Below the pieces are notes generated by a model, which was not told where the DNA came from, did no database searches, and saw only the letters and a program-made list of their open reading frames with translations. 34,537 nucleotides of DNA from Octopus bimaculoides (Eukaryota): the NCBI RefSeq assembly GCF_001194135.2, contig NC_068985.1, positions 126,421,086 to 126,455,622 of the forward strand, written 5' to 3'. Below are positions 1 through 11,470 of the stretch, one piece after another. Numbering within the stretch: position 1 is the stretch's first letter; each line of letters begins with the position of its first letter. The position numbers and the translations under genes are program-made.

Positions 1-312
1 GATGATGATGATGATGATATATGTATATGCATGTATATCTATATATATATATACATATGTATATATGTGTGTATGTATGTATGTATGTGTGTATATATAC
101 ATTTGTGTGTGTATGTGTATATATATATGTGTGTAATATATTACACACACAGCTGATGAAAATGCCTCAAAGCTTTTAGCTCCACCATTTAAAACTCTGA
201 GTTCTATTATGACAACTTACTGATTGTCCTATACTATATATATATATATGCTTGTATATACATGTATGTATATATGTATGTATGTGTGTGTATATGCAGA
301 TGTATATTCGTT

Positions 313-350
<38 letters not shown>
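1..350. repeat. Mixed (GAT)n/(TA)n/(TG)n/(TATG)n simple repeats
   Basis: Direct reading. Other pure tracts: (GT)n 901-931, (CA)n 22683-22725 and 23172-23223, (GT)n 28229-28280, (TA)n(TG)n 31868-31925. Confidence 0.95.
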
Positions 351-352
<2 letters not shown>

Positions 353-384
353 ATAGGCTTCTTTCAGTAATGTGTGTAGATGTG

Positions 385-610
385 TTTAAATGCACCCTTG
401 TCTTGACTTCTTCGGATGATTGTGAACAAGCATCGCCACCATACAAGCACCATTGTTCATTTCTGGTCATCCAAGAAAAACATGTCTCATCATGGGGAAA
501 CAGGTAGAGGTTGGTGACAGGAAGTGCATCCAGTTGTAGAAAAAAACCTGCTGCAACAAATTCTAGCTGACATATGCAAGCATAGAGAAAGTGGGCATCA
601 AATGATGATG
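385..610 (+). mobile_element. RTE-tail-type interspersed repeat ending in (GAT)n
   Basis: GGAAGTGCATCCAGTTGTAGAAAA...GCAAGCATAGAGAAAGTGGGCATCAAATGATGATG. The same motif family occurs at 6315-6468 (-), 7260-7550 (+) and 9955-10015 (-). Confidence 0.65.
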
Positions 611-895
611 TGTTGTCTCTTATTAATGTAGTGACTGTAACTAATCCTGCATCTGGAGTACTTTGCCAAAGTAGTGTTGTTGTCATTGTTGTTGATGTTG
701 GTGTTGGTGGTCAGTTTTGCCTGTTTAATATGGCTGCTACTAGTCTTGCATGTCTTAGTTACTTTAGCATAGCATTTGTGTTGCTGCTGCTTTTATTGTT
801 TAGCATTCAAGTAAGCTCTTATTGAGCAGATTCCTGAGCTAAATCATTCAAGCTATAACCATATTACCAGCCTTCATGTTTTTTTGTGTTTATGT

Positions 896-933
<38 letters not shown>

Positions 934-1270
934 AGATATGATATACTCCAAACTTCATTATCCTATGTATTTTTAACTTTAAGGAAATTTGCCTCTTATT
1001 TCTTGCACATCTTATGACCACATAGAGGCTCTCACTGATCGTTACTGCCACTGCTGCTGGGGACAGGGATGAGGATGGGCTGAATATTTTCATGGTATAA
1101 ATTATAGCCTAACAAATTCAGATCATAAACGTGGATTAGCCAAAATAGATAAGGTACCAGACAACCAAGCAAGAGGTCACCAGTTCATGTCATGTCACCA
1201 GTACTGCATCATATCTATGGCCAAAAAACTTATACCTGAACAGTCAAGTTCATTCAGCTGCAACTATGTG

Positions 1271-1473
1271 CCACAGGTTCGTATTACTCATTACCTACCA
1301 CAGGTTTATGTTACTAGATATCACAAGCTGGTATTACTAAATGCTACAGACTGGTCTTACACTCACTTAGTACCACAGGCTGGTATTACTTGCTGGTTAT
1401 CATAAATGGAGTTAGTAGGTTTCACAGGCTACATGCAAGATGGTTTTACCAAATATCACGGGTTGGTATTACT
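1271..1473 (+). repeat. Cryptic degenerate minisatellite, core CACAGGYTGGTATTACT
   Basis: Units start at about 1271, 1298, 1321, 1344, 1373, 1422 and 1456. Confidence 0.7.
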
Positions 1474-3469
1474 AACTAGTGTAAACAGTGTTAAAGAGTT
1501 AATACAGGGATTTGTTGGTTTGTAGAGCTAAATCTAATACCACATTCTCATATAAAAAAAATCTTCTTATGATAGATCAGTATTGTACCCAAGGAAAGGT
1601 CTGTTTTGCATTTACTTAACACCACAGAAAGAAGTAGTGACCCCAGTTTTTGAGATTTGGAAAGAGGAGTAATAGATACAACCCTTTGTAAATATGGTCA
1701 AACAATCATGTAACAATCTGGTCTGATTCAGATTCATATGTTACACTTTATCACACAGTCGCTTGTTGAGAAACAAAGCACTTGACCCAGCCTGTCTTGC
1801 AAAAGATGCAGCAAAATCATAAGGGTGTTGACCAAAATGTTTTGAGGGTCTGATTACAACCCTTTACATTCTGAGTTTAAATTTTTGCTGAGACTGTGTT
1901 TATCAACTGTTCTCTCCCACACAAATTCAAGACCTTATGCCTGTTTTGCCTGTTTTGCCTCTTTTCATTCAGAGTTCAAATCCTACTAAAGTCAACTTTA
2001 CCTTTCGTTCTTTTGAAATTGATAAAATAAAGCACCAGTCAAATACTAGAATAGATCTAATTGCCTCCCCTCTATATATATATATGCACAATAGATTATT
2101 GGTAGATTTAATTGATGAGCCCACTTCTCTCTAATTTCTCACCTTGTACCTATGTAAGAAATCCTTGTTTGCACTAACATATTGCTGAAGATCGAGTCTT
2201 TGGACTCACACGTACTATGTTAATTCCTTCTAAGTTGTTGATTAATTGAAAATAAGTTACATAGAGTAATCAAAAGAGAGTATCTGAAAGTTGAGATGGT
2301 CATGGTTGTTGGAACGTCTTTGATCTTAGATGTGACATAAAACTAAACTGCTGCAATGCAAACAGACCTAGGTGTGGTTCACATGCAGATTTCATACTAT
2401 CTTCTGTCATCATTTAGCCTTAATTTAGGATTTGTCGAGCAGACTCATGAAAGGCATTCCAGCCATGACTGCCCCATCTTTTATTGTGATATAACGTATA
2501 CTGACCTAAATAAATCATTGTATCTTTTTTTTTCTTTTTTAAGTGAGAGACTAATTCAACGGAGATTTAGCTGTTATTGCTAGCTTGTTGACTATGCGTG
2601 TAGATGCTACCTCACTGGATTGTGTCCGCTGCTTAAATAAATACTGCCTCCCTTCTCGCACAAGAGATTATTAATTAAGAATGTATCTTCCAAGTATTGC
2701 TAACTATTTTTTTTGCCTCTATTGAACTGCATGATATTCTCCTCTTAAAATGTATTGCACCCAACTGTAAAGTACATGGTATCTGTTCTTTGTAAATATA
2801 TATTGTCTTCTTTACTTTAATTCATTATTTGATTAGAAAGCATGACATTGCATGTTTTATTTCAAATTTTGATGTGTTTAAAGATATTTAGAAAATACAA
2901 TGGAAAGTCAGCATCTTGTTAAATAACCTAACAAATTAGCCATTTATGTCTTGTCATCACAACCACATGTTTTTGTGACCAAGGCACTCAGTTCCCAACA
3001 GCTCAGTTTACCTAGCTGAAAATAGGTACTCTGTCATGATGTAATTCCTCACAATGGACAGCAACATCATAGTAAAATTCATCAAGTGATCTGTTGGTTT
3101 GCGCAGCTAAGTTCAATTCCTCCACTAGAAACATTATGTCTATTAGTCAAGTATCCTATCCAGGAATAGTTTTATCTTTCACCTGTTTAACACAACACAA
3201 ATCAGTGATTATCAACAGCCCTGTGAATTTGTTAAAAGAAATTATATGTATTGCATTTACTGAAGAAATTTCTGAGCTAAAAGTCCAATATAAAGAGAGA
3301 ACATAGAATCAACAACACCCTCGTTATTCTTATCATCACTCTTCTTGTTGAAGTTGGTCCTCTACAGCAATATACTCGAGTTACTTGTTCCTTCACTTAT
3401 GCATGAGTACCACAAAGGAATATGACTCATCTCAAATAGGATATAGATATATATTCGACAAAATATTGG

Positions 3470-3865
3470 TTTCAAATTTTGGCACAAGGCCAGCAATTTC
3501 AGAGGAGGGGGAAAATCAATTACATTGACCCCAGTGTTCAACTGGTACTTATTTCATTGCAGCATTTGAAGTCCAAATGTAGGGTCAGAAGAAATGCTGC
3601 AGTTTACCTCTGCAGTGATGATTCTGCCAGTTCACTGTTTTACTTTGACAAAATATTGGTTTCAGATTTTGGCACAAGGCCAGCAATTTCAGAGGAGGGG
3701 GAAAATCAATTACATTGACCCCAGTGTTCAACTGGTACTTATTTTATTGACCCTGAAAGAATAAAAGCAAAGTCAATCCTAGCAGCATTTGAACTCAGAA
3801 GCTGGAAGAAATGCTGTCAGGCATTTCTTCCAGTCTGGTAACAGTTATGCCAGCTTACTGCCTTA
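3470..3865 (-). mobile_element. Two tandem SINE family A copies
   Basis: GGCACAAGGCCAGCAATTTC...GACCCCAGTGTTCAACTGGTACTTATTT occurs twice with a 190 bp period. Confidence 0.85.
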
Positions 3866-3907
3866 GTTTCGACAAATTATTAACGAGAAATTATCTGAAG
3901 TGATACA

Positions 3908-4080
3908 TGCATGGCTTTGTTTAAAAATTTTTCTTCAAAACCACATGGTTTTTAGTTCAATATTAGTTCATAGCATCTTAGGCAAATGCCTTCTTCCATT
4001 ACTCAGGCAGACCAAATCCTTGTAAATGAAACTTGACAGATGGAAACTGTGAAGAAGCCCATCAGATGTATGTATGTGTG
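3908..4080 (+). mobile_element. Degraded SINE family B, 5' half
   Basis: CCACATGGTT...CTTAGGCAAATGCCTTCT...GATGGAAACTGTGAAGAAGCCC. Confidence 0.65.
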
Positions 4081-5838
4081 TATTGAGGTTTGATTGCAAA
4101 AGTCAGTGTCAAATGAAAGTAATTTATTTATTGTTTTGTTTTTTCCCCGTCATTTTAATCTATCTTGGATAAATCTCTTTATGTCTGGTTAACTTTGTCT
4201 TCCAGCTACCTCTTAGGTTGATGAATTAAACACCTCTCACTAGTATTGAGAGGGATACATCAACAAAATCTTTGACAATACTAACCCCCCAGTCTGATCA
4301 CAGTCCAGTCACTGAAATCAGAAAATTAGTTAGCTACACAAAATGTAATGGCTGAAATTGAGAAATTTTTATTTTCAAGGATTATAATCCAGTAATTCCT
4401 TCAAAGTAAAACTAAATATATTTGTCTATAATGTACAAAAAAAGAACACATATATATGGTATCATGTGTGATTTTAATGTATTCACTTTCTAATTACCCA
4501 GTATTTTCTACTTAAATGGAATATTTTAATCATTCTGTGGGTATTTGGTGTGTTGTTTTTTTCATAATATCTCATCTTTTTACATATGTTGTGTTCTTTG
4601 TTTAACTGTTTCAGTCTACTCTGCATGAATGCACTGTACTCCCAGGAGTAAATTTTTTTTTTTTTGATAAGGTTTCACATCTCTTAGATATACATGTGTG
4701 TGTTTATGTGTATAATTCTCCCTGTTTGTCTAGACATGATGTTTTATATCAAATTATATGCCCAATCTCATCTATTCATACTTCCCTCTGTGTAAGTGTA
4801 TTGCATATAACATTCTGTCTTTTCACAGCATCTCTTGTGTAAGTATATAATCACCTCTCTTTGCTAACTTGCCTCACTCTAAATGTAAGGGAAACAAGAA
4901 ATATTTTTGACCAAATCAATCCCAATATTTCAGTAGTATTTATTTTATTGCACCTAGCGAGATGATAGGGAAACTCAACATTGGTGAACCTCTAACCTGA
5001 ACCTGTGAGAATATCAAACATCAAAGAAGACACTGGAAACATCCAACATGAGTTTTCAAAGATCTAGTATCATGTTGGAACAAATGTATTTTGGAAGAAT
5101 TTAACAATAAATACATGCAGGTTATGAATATTATTAGCTGAAAAGTTAAGGAATTACACAGACCTAACTGTTGAGCTAAAAGTATTGTAGTTATTAGGGA
5201 ATGTGCCCCATCAATCTAATTAGATATATACAGTTTTCTCTCTTAACATCATTGCTCCACACACCCCTAAATCATGAGCAGCACTCAACAAGAGCCTTCA
5301 TATATGCTCCAATTATTGGGTCTTGTTGCCAAGGATCCTTAACATGGCATCTCAACAACNNNNNNNNNNTTCTTTTCAGTACCAGAAGAGGACATGTCTG
5401 ATTTTTTTTTTTTTTTTTTTTTGCCAATAGACCCTTTTCATGATGCAGTTTAAGATGTCTTTGTGTGCATGTTACTGCAGCATCATTCCAGATGCCAGAA
5501 CAAATCTTTGTGGTTGTTCTTTGCTTGAGCTTTGTAGAGTATCAATTATTGCTTATAAAACCTATTAACGTTGCACCTTGCTCCAGATCCCACAAGTAAA
5601 AAGAAAAGAAAAAAAACTAGCTCCACCAGAACAATACACAACCACTTCTGGAAAAATATTGATAGATTCCATATAAGGATAGACACTGTACATTGTACAA
5701 AACAGCAATAATGGAATCTGTAAATTTTATTGGAACATTCTCACCATTTTTAAGCATGTTTTCCAAAATGTACATATTTTTTCTTCTTTCTTTTGTTCCT
5801 GATATCTCTCAAATGATGAGCAACAACAGCAATAATTA

Positions 5839-6697
5839 ATCCTTTCTACTATAGGCACAAGGCCTGAAATTGTAGGGAAGGGGTTAAGTTGAGTACATGA
5901 ACCCCAGTGTTTCATTGGTACTTAATTTCTCAACCCCAAAAGGATGAAAGGCAAAGTCAACCTTGGCAAAATTTGAACTCAAAATGTAAAGACGGACAAA
6001 ATGTCACTAAGCATTTCATCCAGTGTGCTAACAATTCTGCCAGCTCACCACCTTAACAACAACAATAATAATTCTTTCAAAATTTGGCCCAAGGCTGGCA
6101 ATTTAAGGGCACTGGGGCAAGTTGGTTACATCAAATACAATATGTGACTAGTATTTATTTTATCAACCCTGAAAGAATAAAAAGCAAAGTTGACTTTGGT
6201 GAGATTTTTGCTCACAACCTAGAGACCCAGAAGAAATGTTGCTATGATTTTTTATTTTTTTTTTTTATTTTTTTGTGATGTGCTAAAGATTCTGTCAACT
6301 CACTGACTTAACAGCAACATCATCATCATCGATTAACGTCCTCCTTCCATGCTGGCATGGGTTGGACGGTTTGACAGGAGCTGGCCAGGCAGGAGCCTGC
6401 ACCAGACTTCTGTGTCTGTTTTGACATGGTTTCTATGGCTGGATGCCCTTCCGAACACCAACCACCCTGCAGATAATAATAATAATCTTCCTACTGTAGG
6501 CAAAAGGCCTGACATTTGGGGGAGGGATCTAGTTGGTTACATTATAACAGTGCTGTAGTGGTACTTATTTTATCTACCCCAAAAGGATAAAAGACAAAGT
6601 TGACTTCAGTGGAACTTGAACTCAGAATGTGAAAATGGACAAAATGCCACTAAGCATTTTATCCAGTGTGCTAATGATTCTACCATTTCACCACTTT
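5839..6697 (-). mobile_element. Three SINE family A copies in the same orientation (about 5839-6054, 6071-6310, 6485-6697), CpG-decayed
   Basis: Reverse complement of the family A core (ACCCCAAAAGGATGAAAGGCAAAGTCAACCTTGGC...), separated by AAT/AAC tracts and one other repeat. Confidence 0.85.
6315..6468 (-). mobile_element. RTE-tail-type repeat with (GAT)n end
   Basis: + strand CATCATCATCGATTAACGTCC...CCATGCTGGCATGGGTTGGACGG...GGCTGGATGCCCTTCC...ACCAACCAC. Confidence 0.75.
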
Positions 6698-6794
6698 AGC
6701 AATGCCTTGTCTCTTTTGTCCACCAGGACCATGAGGTGGATTGACAAATCTTGTGTCTCTTAAATACAATGCCTATTAGCACAACTTTCACTCA

Positions 6795-6915
6795 TGGAAA
6801 GGTTCCTTTATTATCAGCATTGGTGAAATAAGTATCAGTTTTGTGCTGGGGTTGATGTAACCAACTCGCCCCTTCCCCACAAATTTCAGGCCTTGTGCCT
6901 AGAATAGAAAGGATT
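6795..6915 (+). mobile_element. SINE family A, 3' half
   Basis: Ends AAATTTCAGGCCTTGTGCCTAGAATAGAAAGG(ATT)n. Confidence 0.8.
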
Positions 6916-6939
6916 ATTATTATTTGTATTATTATTAGT

Positions 6940-7055
6940 GAGGACACATAGCTTAGTGGTTAGGATGTTGCACTCACAATCACAAGATCATGGTTTCAAT
7001 TCCTAGACCAGGTGGTACACTGTGTCCTTCAGCAAAACACTTCATCTGTGATCAC
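6940..7055 (+). mobile_element. SINE family C head, CpG-decayed
   Basis: GAGGACACATAGCTTAGTGGTTAGG...GGTTTCAATTCCTAGACCAGG...TGTGTCCTTCAGCAAAACACTTCAT. Confidence 0.7.
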
Positions 7056-8079
7056 TTCAACACCTGATGTGTGGTGCACCATGCAGCTGCTCAGGCAATG
7101 CCGCTTTGATAGAAGGAGTAGCTTATGCACAGCACATGCATTTTATCACTCTAACCAATTTATGCAGGTCATTCTGCAAAAAGCTGAACACTCATATATT
7201 GTCTTCAATATGAGAGTCCATTATTATTATTATTATTATTATTAATACATTCCATAAAATGACTGGCAAATGAAGTGAGTCAATGTATTGTGGAAAGAAC
7301 TCTTGGACAAGACAACCATGCTGACATCAAAATAAAATACATCCATTATACTCGGTAAAGAGATTTGTATAAGGATGGGTATTCAACCATATAAACAATG
7401 CAAAATGAAACATATATGAGTAAAACAATGTCTGGTCCCCACAAAACTTCTATGAGATCAGTAACTCTAAATAAGAACTGACTATGATGACCAGTCCAGA
7501 TGACCTCAGCATGAAAAACTAACATAATATGATATTGATGCTGATGGTTATCACAATAAAAGCAGCTATAGTGATAATCAACAGACTACGTTTTAGCAGT
7601 GGTCAACATCATAAAGTTGTCATCAATTATAGCTTAACAATGGAAAACCTACTCCACTTAAACAGTTGATTTCATATGGGAGAAAAAAACACAAGAGATT
7701 AGTTCCCTCTAGAGAAAGTATCCTACTCAGTCCCTACAACATGTCTTTGAGCAAGGTTTGACTCATCACTCTGCTGGTATCCTAGCCATTCTCCAAATAC
7801 TAAAGTCCAAAGACCTGTCTCGAATCTACATTTTCCTTCATTCATTGTCAATTATTATCTTGAATATTTCCAGTACATTATGATCTGTCTTTTTTTTTTT
7901 CTTTCCTTTTCAATTCTTCCTCTCTCTTTCACTGTATTTTTCTTTTTGCAGATATTTTTTTAAGAGATGATGTTTGAGTGGGATGGAGGCAACAGACAGA
8001 TGCATTTAAAAGCTATTTGTCTTGTGATGTCTCATAATGATGATACAGCTATTACTAATGATGATGATGATTTCTTACA

Positions 8080-8430
8080 GAGGTACAAGACCAGTCATTT
8101 GGAAGGAAGGGAACTATCAATGATATCAATTGACACTAATACTTACTTCAGCCATTTATCCACCCTGGACCAATGAAAACTAAAGTTGTCCCCGGTGGGA
8201 TGTGAACTCAGGATGTAAAAAGCTGTAACCAAAAACTACAAGACATTCTGCCAAACTTTCAAATGATTTTACTAATAAAACAAATAGTTGTTTCTAATGT
8301 AGGTACAAGGCCAGAAATTTGAGGAGAGGGGTAAATAGCTCAAATTAGCACCAGTGCTTGACTAGTGCTTTATTTTGTCAATCCTAAGAGGATGAAAGGC
8401 AAAGTTGAACTTGGAATATTAGAAGCTGGA
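8080..8430 (-). mobile_element. Two degraded SINE family A copies
   Basis: AAAGTTGTCCCCGGTGGGATGTGAACTCAGG and AGGATGAAAGGCAAAGTTGAACTTGG cores. Confidence 0.6.
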
Positions 8431-9034
8431 ATCAAGGAACAAAACACAGCTTTTGTCTTCCCATAATGAAAATTAATCTTAAGTTTCCAACAAGGAAACA
8501 CAAAAATAGTGGGGGGAAACATTTTCATTCGTATAATTCATTTACCAAGTTTATTCTTAGGTTTATAATAAAATTACAATGAAATTTAAATAATGATAAT
8601 AATTATAATAATACTAATAATTCAGAAATATATTTATGTATTATCATACTTTGAAAAGATGATTGTGACATTTTTGTCATAAAACAAAGACAACCTCAAT
8701 AGTCATTCAATAAAATTCTTGTGACATCAAAAACATACAATGCTCGCTGATAAGAATAAATATTCTAAAATGGATTGAGAAATTCAAAGCATTTATTTGG
8801 TCTGATAGTAGGACGCCTATCATATCTACAGGATATGCGAGTTTGAGTCTTATGGGCAGCCGTCAACATTTTCTGTCCAAAAGGATTTTTAACCCAGAAT
8901 TTATATGCTATTATCTATAGCTTTATGTGCTTTTATGTGTGTATATGTAGCAATATGTTACATGATTATTGAAGTTGTTTATGATATATCCTTGATGTAT
9001 TTGATTGCTTCATTAGTATCAAATATGTATATAA

Positions 9035-9215
9035 TTAGGTTGAGTGGTTAAAAAGTTCACTTCACAACTGCCTAGTGTATGGCATCTTGAACCCACCCAT
9101 GTCTCCTACTATAGCCTTGAGCTGACCAATGCCTTGAGAGGGAAACTTGTAGATGGAAACTGTACAGAATCCAGCAGTATACTGCATAAGTGCTTCCATG
9201 TTTGTCTTTACACTG
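9035..9215 (+). mobile_element. Degraded SINE family B, 5' half
   Basis: CTCCTACTATAGCCTTGAGCTGACCAATGCCTTG...GTAGATGGAAACTG. Confidence 0.6.
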
Positions 9216-9637
9216 GCACTCCTTAAAACTTACATCCTTTGTTCATGTCCTGTAACTCAGCGATTCAACAAATAGTCATTGATAAAATAAGTACTAGGCT
9301 TTAAAATAAAATATTAGGATCAATATCATCATTTCATCATCATCATCGTCATCTAACGTCCATGAATAAAAGAATGTCTTTTTCATTATTTTCAATGATG
9401 TCAAATATATATCAGTGATATTTTTTATCCTTATTCATATATTTTTGTTTCATTTCAACGATTAAAAATGGATGTTCTTTATATTTTATTGCTAAAACAA
9501 AATGAAATCAGCAAAAAAGTGAGATCAACTGAAAAGAAATTGAAATAAATAAGGAATTGGAAACAAAATCAGCAGCAGTTCCTTCAATCATTGCATGTTA
9601 ATTCTTCACTTATAAAATCTCATCTTTCTCTCTCTTT

Positions 9638-9668
<31 letters not shown>

Positions 9669-9680
9669 ATAAGTTTAAAA

Positions 9681-9857
9681 TTTTGGTACAAGGCCAGCAA
9701 TTGTGAGGGAAAGTGCAAGTTGATTATATCGACCCCAGTGCTCAACTGGTACTTAGTTTATTGAGACCAAAATGATGAAAGGGTAAGTCAAGCTTGGCAG
9801 AATTTGTACTCCTAAGCATTTCACTCAGCATACTGACATCTCTGCCAGCTCCCTGCC
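9681..9857 (-). mobile_element. SINE family A
   Basis: GGTACAAGGCCAGCAAT...TCGACCCCAGTGCTCAACTGGTACTT...CTGCCAGCTC. Confidence 0.8.
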
Positions 9858-10381
9858 TTTCTCGTATGTATATATTGAGACTGAATTGCAAATTGAAAAC
9901 ACATCTCACAATAGCGATCTATCTATCTGATATATATATATATATATATTACTGTCATTTACCATCCACTTTCTCGTGCTTGCATGGGTCAGGAGTCAGA
10001 TGTAATTTGTTGAGGCACACACATATGCATACATGTATTGTACTCGTTCACACACATGCACACACTCACACAGTGAACGTATGTCTGTTTGTCTTGGGTT
10101 GCTCAAAAATACCAAATGAATGCTCACAAAACCACATATATTATAACTTACTATCTCACACTTTATAGCATATGTTTTTATGTATACAGTATTGATGTAT
10201 TTGGATTAAATTCTAAATTCTTCATAAATGTGTAATCACAAAGCATTATATTTAATGTGAATTAAAAATATTCATTTTGAAATCCAGTTAACAAACCCCC
10301 ACTCACCAACACTCTGTATTTAAGTGTACTATCATCATGCCTAACTACTTTTAGTCTGCTGATCTGACTATCTCCTCTCTT

Positions 10382-10424
<43 letters not shown>

Positions 10425-10429
10425 TAATA

Positions 10430-10677
10430 AATGCGCCCTTTTAAAACCTAGCCAGGCTCATGGGCCCAGTTTCCTGGTTTCAATGGTGTATGTGTTCCCC
10501 AGCTGGACAGGACGCCAGTCCATCACAGCGTTACTCATTTTTGCCATCTGAATGGACTGGAGCAACATGAAATGAAGTGTTTTGCTCAAGAACACAATGC
10601 ATCGCCTGGTCCAGGAATCGAAATCACAATCTTACGATCATGGTGCCGACACCCTAACCACTAAGCCACGTGCCTCC
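10430..10677 (-). mobile_element. tRNA-derived SINE (family C) with CORE-like and V-like central segments
   Basis: Minus strand GGAGGCACGTGGCTTAGTGGTTAGG (A box)...GATTTCGATTCC (B box)...TGTGTTCTTGAGCAAAACACTT...GATGGACTGGCGTCCTGTCCAG. The domain naming is from memory. Confidence 0.8.
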
Positions 10678-11082
10678 CTCATCTATATATATATATATAG
10701 AGAGAGAGAGAGTATGAGGGCTTTAGTTCATTGATGATCTAAGCCAATAGGTACACTGCTATAGTTGGTCATCCATTAGGTTCCAAGCTCATTAGCTGAA
10801 GCTGGAGCTAGGGATCTGTAAGTAGGCTTCCAAGTCAGCAGGTATTTATTATAGGAAAAGGAAAACAAAACCAAGGCAGGACGAGCATCTCAGGTCATTT
10901 AGAATATTTAATGAGAGTAAAGTGAATCAAAAAAGAAGTAGATGTGATTATTGTCTTACAGGTGTTTCTGGGATATCCCAGAAATAGCTGTAAGACATTA
11001 ATTAATTCTTCTTATCCATTTTTGATTCACCTTACTCTCATTAAATACTTTCTTTTTCTCTCTAATATATATATGTATATAT

Positions 11083-11470
11083 GTTGTTTGTTGGCACTCC
11101 GTCGCTTACGACGTCGAGGGTTCCAGTTGATCCGATCAACGGAACAGCCTGCTCGTGAAATTAACGTGCAAGTGGCTGAGCACTCCACAGACACGTGTAC
11201 CCTTAACGTAGTTCTCGGGGAGATTCAGCGTGACACAGAGTGTGACAAGGCTGACCCTTTGAATTACAGGCACAACAGAAACAGGAAGTAAGAGTGAGAG
11301 AAAGTTGTGGTGGAAGAGTACAGCAGGGTTCGCCACCATCCCCTAACAGAGCCTCGTGGAGCTTTAGGTGTTTTCGCTCAATAAACACTCACAACGCCCG
11401 GTCTGGGAATCGAAACCGTGATCCTATGATCGCGAGTCCGCTGCCCTAACCACTGGGCCATTGCGCCTCC
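11083..11470 (-). mobile_element. Young tRNA-derived SINE (family D; tRNA-Arg-like head, possibly octopus OR-type)
   Basis: Minus strand GGAGGCGCAATGGCCCAGTGGTTAGGGCAGCGGACTCGCGATCATAGGATCACGGTTTCGATTCCCAGACCGG, with intact A/B boxes, abundant CpG and an (AAC)-like tail. Confidence 0.85.

Noticed and set aside
234-686. 150-aa minus-strand ORF
   Set aside because: It is composed of an RTE-tail-type repeat plus TA/TG microsatellite.
7890-8176. Strong + strand polypyrimidine tract and CAG acceptor at 7951, and the ORF at 7967
   Set aside because: All three frames stop within about 30 nt of the acceptor, and the ORF runs into SINE sequence.
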